Shown piece after piece: positions 46,300 to 59,790 of a stretch of 64,000 nucleotides of DNA. The notes beneath the pieces are model-generated. The model worked only from the letters and a program-made list of their open reading frames with translations. It was not told the origin of the DNA and searched no databases. Source of the DNA: the human T2T-CHM13v2.0 reference genome, Homo sapiens; the NCBI RefSeq assembly GCF_009914755.1, contig NC_060930.1; one strand, given 5' to 3'. The first letter of the stretch is position 1. Every line of letters starts with the position of its first letter. A program made the position numbers and the translations under genes.

Positions 46300-46950
46300 C
46301 TCCCTTTCCGACTCCCCGGTCTGCATTTGCGGGTCCTCAGTATTTTGGCTGTCTCCTCTCGGGGGCTTCCAATTTGACGACGAATCGGAACAGGCTGGTA
46401 ACAGCCGCAGCCAGGCTAGTGGAAAACTCGCCGGATCTGAAGCTGCCCCCCCACCTTTCACCGCCCTAGGAAGACCTCGACAATCCCCGCAGCTTTTATC
46501 AGCACACAAGATCGGCGCTGAGCACCACAACTCCAATCACCGCTAGAGAAGCTGGGTCCAGAGGAGTTGGAGGCAGCGCAGAACCTTGGGAGGGCCCGCA
46601 CCTGCTGAGCATGCACGCGGCAGGCTCACCTGAAGCCCGAAAGTGAGCCCGCACAACGCACGCACATGAGCACGCACGCGCACGCACGGAGGCTCGCTGG
46701 AAGCTTGGAGGCGAGCCCGCACGATGCTCGCACATGAGCGAGCACGCACGCGTACACACGAGGCACGCAGGTGGGCATGCGTGCGTTAGGTGTACCTGTA
46801 CACTTGCTGCTCCCCTGATGATTTGCTCAACAGTGTCTGCAATTGGCAGCCAGAAGGAGTCCGCAAGAAGCAGGAGGGTTCGGACCTGAGACCGCGCCAC
46901 AGGAGGAAGGCCAGGATCTGGGAGCGCAAGGTGAGTGCAGGGGAAAACAG
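46300..46950. promoter_or_regulatory. CpG-rich island, candidate promoter/first exon
   Basis: CpG density is visibly far above the rest of the window outside Alus, and the segment ends at a consensus donor caag|gtgagt (46930/46931). Confidence 0.6.
46622..46761. repeat. Tandem duplication of a ~70-bp GC-rich unit
   Basis: Units 46622-46689 and 46690-46761 align along their length, with a partial third unit upstream. Confidence 0.85.
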
Positions 46951-47499
46951 CCTGAGCAGGTCTTGAGCCAGCTTCCTGCTGCCTGGGGCAATGATGGCGT
47001 CAGGCCTGTGGAAATAAGCGCCAGGTTTGAATACTCAAGGACAGTAAAGCCAATTAAACAAGTGGGTGCCCCTCTCTCCTTTTCTGATTAGGCCTCTCAG
47101 GCCTTGCGCCATCTCGTGCTAGGATGCCTCTTCAGTCTCTTTCTCACTACTTTTATCCTCACGCTCTCAGCTCTGGTCGTGTGCCCTGCCTTGGGGCAGA
47201 CACCTCCTGGACTGCACCCTGAAATGAATGTCTGAAGCCTAGCCCTGCCCTCCGGAAAGAACAGCCAGCTGTCCCACAGTGGCCTTACTGACACTGCCCT
47301 GCGCCTTCTGTTGGGAGCCCACCTAGTCTCCTGCAGGTGCGGAGCCGGTGCACAGCTGGCCAGGCCAGGCAGTGGAAGACTCAGGCTCTGCAGGCCTCCT
47401 TTTCCTTTGAGGCCAAAGATGGGCTGTGGTCAGCACATGTTGGATGTGCCTCATTGGGGCTTAGTGAACTGGCAATAATAATAGTGCTACAAAATGAAA

Positions 47500-47670
47500 A
47501 AGTAGTAATACCTTATATTTGTGCTTTCAAATTTGAAAAGCCCTTTCATTAATGAAAGTGTAATGCTTGCAACCTTTTAAGGTTAATGGTATCCACCCAT
47601 CTTCTTATTCCCATTTTACAGATGAGGAAACTGAGTCACAGAAAAGTTATGCAACTTGCTCAGGTCACTG
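47500..47670 (-). mobile_element. MIR
   Basis: attcccattttacagatgaggaaactgagtcacaga. Confidence 0.8.
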
Positions 47671-48129
47671 AACCTTTTTTTTTTTTTTAATCATTCTGAT
47701 TTGTAAGTGCCTCTATGGTTAAATTGGGGTAGCGGGTAAAAGGACAACCACCGCAAAAATGGTACATGGGCAGTGTCTTGTCCAAAAGCGAGGGTCTCCA
47801 GGTTCTTCTGAAAGCATCTCAGACAAGAGAAGGCCACTCCTGGGCCCTAAGGGCTGCTACCAGCCTGGTTTATAAGTTGTATGCTAAACGAGACCTGAGA
47901 TATTGGGGCTGGGGTGGAGGCCAAGGACCACCTGAGAGACAAAGCTGGGCATTGCAGCAACACAGGTATAACACAGGTTATTACCTCAGCAACACAGGTT
48001 ATTACCATGGCCACTTCACCAAACTGTAGTGATGTCTCAGCAGATCTTGCAGATCCTTAACACTGTGATGATTAGTGTCCCCATCTCCTGCCTCCTGTGT
48101 CTCCAGGCAGAGAGGAGGCTTCAATTCAA

Positions 48130-48750
48130 CCATTTTGAACAGGGTGATACTACCAGCTGAGGGGCAATTAGCATTTTGCACACTGGATAAAGGATGCCCA
48201 ATACCCTGCCATTCCTGAGACTGTCCTGCAAAATGAAGAATTGTACTGTGCCCTACACAACTGTCAAATTACTAACTGGACAATTCTGGAGGTGAAAAAC
48301 CTGACTTTATCATCTTATACCAGGACGCAATACAGATTATTTTTTGCACGGTTTTAGAAAACATTGAATGCATGCAACCAGTATGTAAATTAAGATTGTA
48401 CTTTAACAGTGTTCACAATACAGGAAAGCATTGTATCTGACAGCAATGCTGCATGTAGTTTTGGAATCCCTGTATGACCCACCTTGTCACTCTGCATTGA
48501 TGATGTTGCTGGCACCGGGAGTCCGTTCAGCGGTGCGGTGCTGTGCTTCATCAGGGCTTCCGAAGTAGCCATGCCCACACATTTATATATGGCAGTACAC
48601 ATTAATTTATCATAATTTGCCCTTTTTACAGTTAAGATGTTTGACCTTTTAAAATTATGAGTATAATATATTACCTTTTATTTCAGGATAATAAGGGAGT
48701 ATTATGATATATTTGTAACAGAATAGAGGCATTGAGTTTGAGAATCACTG
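48130..48750. mobile_element. hAT-Charlie fossil (Charlie2-like)
   Basis: ggtgaaaaacctg...ttttttgcacggtttt...gattgtacttt...tttgagaatcactg resembles the recalled Charlie2b consensus. Confidence 0.65.
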
Positions 48751-50399
48751 CTCTGAGCAAATGGCAGTTTCCTTTTTTTCCTAGAAATCATAGGATTTCA
48801 GGGTTAGAGGAGACCTTGAGTGTCACTCAGTCCTTTCCCCACTCCATCTAGTACTCAAATCCCTGCAGTTGGAGGACCAAGGACCTTCACACACCTCTGT
48901 TTCCTTCCTCCTATGATGTGACCCTTTGGAGTTCCCAGGATGGAACCAAGTGGGAAATGGGCCTGAAGGACCAAGGGCCCAGGCTCAGTGAGCTTCACCA
49001 GATCTTGGCAGGTGGTATTATAGATATTGGGATCCAAGAGTCATTCAAGATCTCATCCACTTAAAGAGGTTGGCATCAGCTCAATGGAAAACCTAGACCT
49101 GCATTGCAAGAGGAAATACTCTACCCTCAGAGGCTCAGTCCATATCAGGGACCCCCAGAAATGCCAGGCTGGTGGACAAACAAACTGTATCTCAGAACAT
49201 ACCCTGGTGCTGGAGTTCTGAATGACTCCATGGCATCTGATTCTCAAGAAGCACTGGGCTAGGTGGAAAGAAGTAAATAGATGGGCTGGGATCATTAGGA
49301 AACTAGAGGCAACTAAGTGAAGGTGTCTCCTCTTGGCAGTTTATTCCAGGATCAAGCTTCAATGACTTCATATTCTTGAATGAAGGGGCTGTGTCATGTC
49401 AGAAGGGCTAGCTTAGTGAGCTTCAGCCAGGGCGAGCCCCAGTGCCTTTGCTGACTCAGTGTCCCAAAGCTGCCTTGACAGGAGACGGACCTGAGAGGCA
49501 GAATGCTGGATTAAACCACCTGCAACCGTGCTCAAATCCTTCCCCCATCTTTCTTCTCCACTGCCCTCACTACCCAATGAATTTGCCACTCAGTTGTTCC
49601 TTCCCATGCCCTATGCCCTTTCCACTGGAGGCTGGACAGCTATACTCCACCTACTTCCCTCCAGCCCCCCTGGACTGACACAGAGCCCTCTGTCTTCCTG
49701 TGGAATGCAGTAGCAATTCTGAGCATGGTGCTGGACAAGAAGTCCAGCTCCCCTCATAAACTTTTTATAGCTTAGGAAAATAAACATGTGGTTTAAGGTC
49801 TTTGCATAGGCGGTGCTCGCTAAGTTTGAGCTTGCTTTACAGAACTACGAAAGAAAATATTGGTAGAGCTAAGAAATTTCTGAGCCAGCCAAGGGACAGT
49901 AGTCCAGAAATCTTGGGGAGGGTTTGATGGTTCAGGCAATAAAAAGAGAAGTCATCTACCTAGCTGTTATCTCGCTCTGTCCTGCTAAGAATCTGCCTGC
50001 CTGAGTGATGCAGCCAGGCTCCCTTGTTCCCTGGGGCAAGGAACCAGTAGAGGGATAGGGAATCACAGTGTTTCCCGGCTGCAAGGGCCCTTGGAGATGG
50101 TTTTACAGATGAGGAAGCAGAGTCCAGAGAAAGGAAGTGATCTGCTGGGAACCACTGTACTTTTCACACAAGCAACTTTCCAGGCATCTGCTATGTGCTG
50201 TCCACAGGATGGCGAGGGGGTAAGGAGACCACTTAATGCATGTGTGCCAGCAGCAGGGCAGCAGCAGGGGTTCAGGGGCCATTTGTAAGGTTTACTTCCT
50301 GGCTTTGTGGAAGAGAAGAGACCCTTGAAGAAGGAAGAATGACTATGAGGTTTTCAGTTGGAGCAGTGGGTAGTAAGAATAAAAATAATATCAGTATTG

Positions 50400-50610
50400 C
50401 TCTTGTTATCATTTATTAGACATTTACTCTGTAAGACCTGCTGTCACCCCACTGAATCCTCAGAACCCTGAGAGGCTCATATTAAAGTCCTCAATTTGCA
50501 GTTAAGAAAAACTACAGCTCAAGGGGGTTGAGTCATTTGCCCACAATCACCCAGCTGGTAAATGCAGAGCCAGAATTAAACCCATGCTGCCTGACCCCTG
50601 AAGCCGGGAC
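50400..50610 (-). mobile_element. MIR
   Basis: catttgcccacaatcacccagctggtaaatgcagagccagaattaaaccc. Confidence 0.7.
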
Positions 50611-50916
50611 ACCTGCTCAAATAGCTTGCTGGAACAGGTGATGGGAAAGCAGACAAGAAGAGTGGGTTAGGCCGGGCTAAATTTGAGGATCCCGTGGAAC
50701 AGTCCGGCAGAAATACAGGTCCAGGTTGGAGTTGGGCATCCGAGAGGGATACGTGGATTGGGGTCACCTGCTAAAGGGATATTGAAGCATGTCTGTTTAC
50801 TGCCAAAGTCTCTCTTTGGGACACTGAAACTCTGTGTGTAGAGAGTGGTGCAGGAGGACTAGGTGGAAACCTGGGGCAGTTAGTGGTTACAGGCAGGCAG
50901 AAGGCAACTGGGGCTC

Positions 50917-51330
50917 TGTTTACAATGGGCAGGTCTATGCAATCCCACCCCCAAAGTCTGAAGAAGCTGAGAGGCTGAAGAAAGAGGCTGACAAATCCAG
51001 TTTCTTAGAAACATTTAATAGAGACTTAAGAAAACAAACCATGTTTATGTCTCAGGTGGCAGTGAGAGGAGATGGTGGATCCACGTGCCATTACCCTCCA
51101 GACCCAGGGCTTATATACCACAGGGGAGGGGTGGTTCAGAAGGGAAGTGTAGGACAGTTGAAGTATGATAACATCAAGGTTGACCTAAGGGCAGGATTTA
51201 TAGTAAGTACTTGCTCTTACACAAGGAACAATGGATATGCTGGAAATCTTAGAGGCCGTCCCAGAACTGCGGATAATCAGAAGTCAACATGGTGGGTAGC
51301 TTCCAAGATGGAGTTGCTTTGGCCTCCACA
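50917..51330 (-). mobile_element. Solo ERVL LTR (LTR47-like)
   Basis: TG...CA termini and a perfect 5-bp TSD ggctc (50912-50916 / 51331-51335). The minus strand starts tgtggaggccaaagcaactccatcttgg. Confidence 0.88.
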
Positions 51331-51417
51331 GGCTCTAAAGGCGGCTCTGGCCTTACTTGCGGCAGAGGAGAAGCCACACCACAGCAGAATGTTCCTGGCC
51401 TAGAGGCTGATACTATA

Positions 51418-52346
51418 ACTCCCTAGTGAGAAAAAACAATCCCCATGGCCGACAAGGACATGGAGGACAGGTACATGTTCCTCTCCTACTATGCCTTCCA
51501 GGCACACTCATTCTCTCCAGGCCAGGACAGCAGCATCTGAATCAACCCTGCAGGTAGGCATTCCATTCAAACCCAGCATTTTCCTCTTCTAGGAACTTAT
51601 TCTGAAGACATAATGAGGGATGCGTATGAGGATATGTATCACAGCATTACTTCTATTTGTGAAAAATCACAGATCATATAAATATCCCACAGGAAAGGAT
51701 AGATTACATCATTAAATACATGCTGATAGTAAAATCAAATTGTAGATTAATATTTATGGCCAACATTTTTGACATATTATTACATTTTAACTGGCAGGCT
51801 ACAAACAGTATGACAATTTTTTGTAATGAAAAGAATGGCTATGTGTACATATTTCATAGGAAAACACTAAGTGTGCATGCCAGGAGGTGAAGAGGATTCT
51901 TTTCGGGTTGAGGAATTGTGTGAGTGGGTTTTCCCTTTTTTCTTTTTTCAGATATTGCAAGGTTGGTTTGTTTTTACATCGAGTATATATTAGGTTTGTA
52001 ATTTGAAAAAAGAATTCTTTATGTAAGGGTTACTCATGAATAATATTAGCAAATGCTTGCCTGGTGCTTATTTTATGCCAACCTCTGTTCTGAGTGCTTT
52101 TCATGGATTAAGTGATTTAACCCTCACGAGAATTTAGACACGGGAACCATAGCTCAGGAGGGCTGGGCAGGTTGCCCAGGTCAGCAGAGTTGGTATGTGG
52201 CAGAGCTAGAATCTGAAGCCAAGCCATCTGCCAACAGGGTCCATGCAATTAACCACTGCACCACATTATTACTCCCCAGTGGAAAAAGACAATCCCCATG
52301 GCCAACAAGGACATGCGTGGAAATGCATGTGTTCCTCTCCTGCTAT
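51418..52346. repeat. Spaced direct duplication: ~75-bp copies at 51418-51492 and 52271-52346
   Basis: Shared core acaatccccatggcc[g/a]acaaggacatg...tgttcctctcct[a/g]ctat. Confidence 0.85.
52050..52265 (-). mobile_element. MIR
   Basis: gttctgagtgcttt...ttgcccaggtca...ggcagagctagaatctgaa...aaccactgc. Confidence 0.7.
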
Positions 52347-52689
52347 TGGTAGCAGAGGTTCCCTTGATACACCTTGATCCCAAGTGCTCCATGATGGTAG
52401 TGCTCAGGTACTATATTCAGTGAATGAATGCAAGTGACAGGTTCCACTTGTCCCCCAGGATCTGAAAAGACAGTCCAGCTTTTGCTAGATTTTGAGCATG
52501 ACCATGATGGGACTCAAGGAACCTTCCCTCCCTAACTTGGCAGTGGGTGACTTGACTTCCTCACATGCTCTGGAGGATGGTTTTCCACTGAGAAACCTGT
52601 CCTGTCTTCTACTTTTCTGGGAGGGTAGAGGATGGCTCAGGGTATCATGGCTCTATCCCCATCGAAGGGGGCAGAGGGGATTCACCAGC

Positions 52690-53150
52690 TGTGGTAGGTC
52701 ATTGCTTTGTGGCATTCAATGAACTATGTCTCTTAGAAGTCACACTTTTGTGTGGTCGCTCCTGCATTGACTCTGGAGTTTGCCATGTGGCTTTCTTTGG
52801 CCAAAAGGATATTAACAAGCATGATCCAAGCCGTGGCTTTATGAGTGCTTGCGCACTAGGCTTGTCTTCTTAGAACAGTTCCTCTTGGAACCCAGCCACC
52901 CTGCTGCTAAAAGGAAGTCCAGACTAGGCCAGTGGATAATGCAGGGACATGGGAGAGAAGCTCTGGAGGATAAGAGGCCATCTTGGACATTCCAGCTTCA
53001 AACAAGCTTCCAGATGAAAGCAGCTGCTAAATGAGCCCTGCCAAACCACCCAGCTGAATCCAGTCAACACAGATTCATGAGAAATCATAAATCGTTGTTA
53101 TAAGCCACTAAATTGGTAGTTTGTTCTGCAGCCACAGGTAACTGAAATAC
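52690..53150 (+). mobile_element. MLT1 LTR
   Basis: tgtggtagg...gccatgtggctttctttggcc...aagccactaaattgg...gtaactgaaatac. Confidence 0.75.
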
Positions 53151-55249
53151 TAGTCTTCTTTTCCTGGACACGCCTGAAAACAGATCCATATATACTTATT
53201 AAGTACCCACTGTGTGCCCAGCCCTGTTCTAGGCACTATGGGATAATCATGAAAGGATTCTAAGAAATGAGAATCTGAGGAGACAAGACTGCTACAGGAA
53301 GTAAATCTGAAGAAGAATTATGGCTAAACTGCTGCATAGTAAGGAAAGGCGACTGATTTCCCCAACCCAGCCCCCAACATTTCACCTCACAGCAAAGCTG
53401 TTGTGGCTGATAAATTTGGCAAACAGGGGTGGCATTGTTGGATACATTGATCTTTTACTTTATTACGATGATGGTTTTGGGCACCTCGGGCCCCCAGCTT
53501 TGTTAAATGCTGTTCCTATGGCAGGACAGTATTCTCCATGCACTTAAAGGGGAACCATTTGTGTGACCTTCAGATCAAAGAAGGTAGATGAGATGGAGAA
53601 TTGAGTGGCCTACTCAGCCGATGGACTGTGACACACCATCATTACTCTTTAATGGGTGGGAGGGGGTCTTGCTAGTGCATCTGCTTGGCTCTGGCTAGGA
53701 CTGGCCTGCTCACAACTTCATGAATATTCAGTTGCTCCATGAAGGTCCACTGCCTAGAACATTGGAGCAACCCGGAGGGTCATCTGGTCTGATGTTCTCA
53801 CTGTTGAAAGGAGGAAACTGAGGCCCAGAGGTGAGAAGGGCTCGCTGGAGGGCACACAAGATTTATAGCTCCTCCATCACTGGCGCTGGTGTTAGCCACA
53901 GCTCAGCTGTGGTTTGCAGATCCTCTGAGACCCCAAATCCCATGCTCTTTCTCTTACTGCCCTCCACCCTCCTGCTCGGGGCTTGCTTTGGTGGCCAAGC
54001 AACCAGGGAACTGAGAAAGTCCACCCAGTTGCAACAAGGCTATATACATTAACCTCTGCTTCAGACAGTATACATGAAACTGCAAAAGTGTGCAGAGACA
54101 CAGTTCCACTTAAAGCATTTAAAGGTGTCCTGAGGGGAGTGCTTGGGAAAGCAGGCAGACAGCCCATCATTTCACTTTCTCTCTTAGTTTGATTTTCAGT
54201 GTGGGTTTTGCTTCTAAGGGGCCATACCTCATACTGCACACTTGAAGGAATGCCAGTTGTGCTTGAAACCCTACACATTCCTGAGCAGCCCCTTTTCCCA
54301 TCTGGGCCAGTGCAGGTGGATGGCAGGACCCCTGGCCTCAGGAGCCTTGCTGCTGACACTGGCCCTGAGAAGCCTGTTCATAGGGCCTTGTGGAACTGGC
54401 CACTTCTTTTCTTTGTTTCTTGATTTTTTTTCACTGAGACCAGATGAGGAGAGCCAAGACTATGGGTAAATTCCACGAATCAAAGATACATCTGGAATCT
54501 GCTGGGGAGCCTGGGAGGCTGTTCAAGCCAAGGCATCATCATTTCTCAAATTGGGAAAACACAGGCATGGAGGGGCAAAGGGGTTTTCCCAAGGCCTGGG
54601 GCTGGTGGGCTCGATGCCAGGAGAAGACTCAGGGACGATGCTTTCGGCTGGAGGACAGGATGAGTCAGGCCCCCAAGGTGTTTTCCCCACATGGTTTCAG
54701 TTCTTAGGTCAGGGTCTTGGCACCTGAAGGAAAACCTGGTCTAGGCCATGTGGAAATCCCGAGCTGCTGCAGCATCTCACTCCGATCGGGCATGTCTGGG
54801 AGGCAGCAGGTTGCAAATAAGTGATTTACAGCATGTTCCCTGATGTTTTACATTTTCATCATTTCATGTTGCAGTCCTATCTCCAGTAATGGTATCTGCA
54901 AAGGAGTGCAGCTCCCAGCCTGCTATCTGCAGGAGCCCGAGTGGGGAAGCCTGTGTAGTCTCAGGTCTCAGCCTTGACTTTCACGGTGTGACTGTGGTGT
55001 CTCAGGACTCTGCGACCCAGGATCATCATTGTGACCATCTTCCTAGTCTTCACTGCTTCCTTTACACCTCAATTCTGAGGACCTGCTCTGAGCCGCACAC
55101 GGTTCTGGGCTCTAGGAATGGCGGAGGACTTGGGTGCCACGAGAGCACCAGGTAGTAGCTCCAGCTCAGCCTCCCCTAACCCTGACTCAAACAAAACCAT
55201 CAGATGCATCCCCTACCACTATCTATCTGTCTGAGGATTCTCAGAACCT

Positions 55250-56214
<965 letters not shown>

Positions 56215-58189
56215 TAATTAAAACTTGCCGCTGCCTACAAATCTCACAGCACCCTGATGTCACATATATCAGCCGCAACTCCACCTGCTAACCCAGAGCT
56301 CCAGATTCCTGACATGAGGTAGTAGGTGAGACTGTTGAGGCAGGAATTTGAAGATTGGCCTGCAGTGGGGCCGCGTGCGGGTCAGGGGGTTGGCACGGGG
56401 GCCTCTCTTAGCTAGCGAGTGCACTAGAGGCCTCCCAACACAGGCATCACACCTCGGATCAATTTTGTCCTGTCTCCCTATCCCCATGTATCACTGTAAC
56501 ACTCATAATGTGCTTTGCTGCACCTGGTGGGAGGAGTTAACGATATGTAATAGTGGTAGCTGAGAATTGTGGGGGCTAACATGGCTTCAAAACACTCCCT
56601 TTGTCACTGATTGGGAAGTAATGAGAGGTCTAGATCTTTAGCTTGGGCTTCCAAACTCAATGGATGGGCTCAGTTAACTCCCAGCATCACTCCCACCCCT
56701 CCGGGAGGACACTCCACTACTCTGGCACTCTCTTGAAGACTCAGATTATTACTTCCTCCACACCAGAGCACCACTCTTCTGTGAAGACTCTTTGGCCCAG
56801 CCTCCAGTTTTCCCTTGCTTGCCTGAACTCCTGAGGTCACTGTCTGGGCCTCTTCCCTGGTGTTTATTCTAACTGTGTGTGCATGTAGGTCAGTCATATG
56901 AAAGTTTGTCATTTTGGTAGTTAATATCAGCCCTACTTTGTATTTGCTTTAAGAGGAAGTGAAATACATTCGTGCATTTATTTTGTCTTTTGTACTTGGC
57001 TGGGATTCTGTAATTAATACTTGCTGTTTAAATGTAGACTGGCTGTACGTGGCTCCCTCGAATCTGACACTAGCATTTCCTCTTGGGCTTGTCACAGGTG
57101 ATCTGACCTGGGCCTGTCCCCGGACTGATGGCGGCAGCATTGTTAGTGGGAAAGCAGGTGGAGCAGGAGGCTCTGTGGGATTGGGATGTGGACAGTGGGA
57201 GATGCCAGGGGCACCCCAGTCTTACCCTGAGAACAGTAAGCCCTTCTCAGCAGGGCTCCTGGCCTTCCCTGGCCAGGCCAGTCCTCAAAAGATACCAGCC
57301 AGTCCCTGAAGGAACCCCCTACCCCTCAAGTGCTGCTTTCCAGGAGGGCTGAGAGCAGAGGGCCCTGTCTTGGCTTCTGCGCTGCTGTAGAAGGTCCCCA
57401 TATTTCCTTCTTTAGATTCTTATATATGCTTCCTGTGACTTTAGGCTTTGGCTTTGGAGCAATGAGGCCTCAGTGTGAAAACTAACAGGGTAAAAAGATG
57501 GGGCCTGGCAGAAGGTGGCACATCCGGAGCCTGAGAATGAGCCAATCCCCCGGGGATCTTGTGCAGTGCAGTGCACTTCTGTAGTGCAGTTTTGAAATTG
57601 CCTTTCTGACTCAAAGGAAAGCCCTTTGGCCTCCATGTGAGAGCAATGCTGATGATTCTTTGCCCTTCTTTGGCTCTGATATGGGCGGGGGATGGGGAGT
57701 ATGTGGATGTGAAGCAGTAGGGAGAACAGGCCAGCAGAATAAACAGACAGTGTCAGCCCAGGCCTGGGGTTGTCACTGGAGGAAGGGTTGTACCCTGGGG
57801 AGAGGATCATGGGGGTGCCCAGTGACAAGGAGAGAGGTTGGCTCAGGAGGAAGGAGACTGAGAACAAAGAAAGCGAACATCCACACAGAGAGAGAAAGGG
57901 AACGTGTGGGGGCAGGGCGAGAACACAGAGACCAGCCTCCCCCTTCCCCACCCTCCTCTCCGCCCCCAGACACTGACGTTCTCAGGCTGCCCTTTCACAT
58001 ATGGGCCTAATTCAGGTAGAGTGAAATCTTGCATTGCTCCGGGTAAAAATTATTGCTTTGGATAATGAAATCTTTGTCATTGGAAACTTTAAAAGAAAAA
58101 AATGCCCTTCAAGCCGTGACTTATGGGCAGTGTGGTGATGGAAACGAATTCATCATCCCATTTCCCGCACTGGAATGGGAGGACAAGGT

Positions 58190-58330
58190 TGATTCATAGC
58201 TGGGCCGCGTGCGGCTGGTCCCGCGGGCAGGGTGGCGGCCGGGCCTGCTGAGGAGCCAGCAGGGGAAGCTCCAGCCGAGCGCTGGGGCTGTGGGAGCGGA
58301 GTGATAAGCGGCTGGTTGGCACGCTCTGGT
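58190..58330. promoter_or_regulatory. Small CpG/GC-rich patch in unique sequence, candidate regulatory element
   Basis: Local CpG cluster (ggccgcgtgcggctggtcccgcggg...ggcggccggg) with no recognisable repeat. Confidence 0.35.
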
Positions 58331-59584
58331 CTCAGGTTTTCCTGAGAATTTGCCTGAGCTGTCAAAACATTTTAGGGCTGTGCAGAGACTGTGTGCCTCA
58401 ACAGAAAAATCCCATAATGGCTCTATGAAACAAGCTGTATTTTTTTCTTTAAACTCTAAAACTCATAGCCATAAAAAAATCTTCCCAGCCAAAGCCATTT
58501 GACCAGCACGAGTGAACAGTATGGCTGTGAATCTCTCTGACTGTGGCACTTTTCATCTGAGAAGTACAATGTGCTTTCAATTTTATATTTCATTGATGTT
58601 CTGGGCTCCCCACAGGGTAAACAAAGGGAACACATCATTGAATGTGTTTGGTAGAAGTGGAGTTCAGCCACAGCCAGTGATCCTGAGCGTGTTGCACATG
58701 GAACCAGGAGCCTCCAGTCCCTAGCTCAGGGTCTGGGCCTCATCCCCAGGCCTCTAGCCAGTAGTCCACCTCCAGGCCCTGTGTTCCTTCCATTTCATGA
58801 CAAGGGTTTGGCCACCTGGAGTCAGGGTCCTGACATCTTTATAGGGCAGAATTGTTTTTGTTTCCCTAAAGCCTAAAGGTCAATGAGCATGAGAGGTTGT
58901 AGAAAGGCTGAAGGGAATTCCTGGGCAGACTTGGGGTAGAGGACCTCCAAAGGACCAGGGCAGACTGGTCTGCCAGTTTGGAGACCCACCAGGTAGGGTA
59001 GCAGGATCTGGCTTGGACTCCTGTCAGGTGACATCTGGTCCAGTTGTCATTCCTCCCACAGCAATTCTTCATGGGGAAATGGAGTAGAAAAGCTGCCACT
59101 GAGGTGGTTGGGCTGTGGAGAGAGGGTTATTGATATGGGCAAGAGATGGCTTTTGCTGGTGTTCAGACTCTGCCGCCTCCTTCACTTTGCCAGATATTTG
59201 TATGTGAGTGCTGGCGGACCTAGGCACTGGGGATTTGGGAAAACAGGACAGATACATTCCACTTTCACGTTTAGGGCATGGGGGAGACAATAAGTAATAA
59301 ACAAATGAGAAAATTTCAAGTTAAGTTCCAAGAAGAAAATATGACAGAGTGAGGAGAGGGAGAGGGCCTGGGGGCTTCTTTGGATTAGGAGGTCAGCAAG
59401 GCTTTTGCAAGGAGAAGTCCCCTAAACTTAGTCCCAAAGACAAGATGGGGCCTGCTGTACTGAAACCTAGTGGGAGAGTATTCCAGAACAGCGGCAGAGT
59501 CCCTGAGGTGGGAACAGACACACAATTTACCGGCCCCCAGCAGCTGAATATTCTCCCAGAACCCACATGGCACGTGGGAGACTA

Positions 59585-59790
59585 GGAAGCAGACGTGTGG
59601 AGTTTGCATTCTGGCTGCCTGTTTACTTCCTAACTGTGGGGCTTTGAGCAAGTCACTCAACCACTGAGACCCTCAGCTTCCTTATCTGTGAAGTAAAAGG
59701 ATGACTCTCTCTGGGGCTTACTGTGTGTATTAGAAATGATGTAATGTAAAAGGCTTTAGCACTGCTCCTGGCACCCAGGATTAGTAGCTT
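59585..59790 (+). mobile_element. MIR
   Basis: gagcaagtcactcaacc...cctcagcttccttatctgtgaa. Confidence 0.75.

Noticed and set aside
50834-51403. Longest ORF in the window (189 aa)
   Set aside because: It starts at GTG and reads antisense through a solo LTR47-like element plus flanks. No recognisable protein.
57412-57951. 179-aa minus-strand ORF
   Set aside because: Low-complexity L/S-rich translation of purine-rich DNA with no homology recognised.
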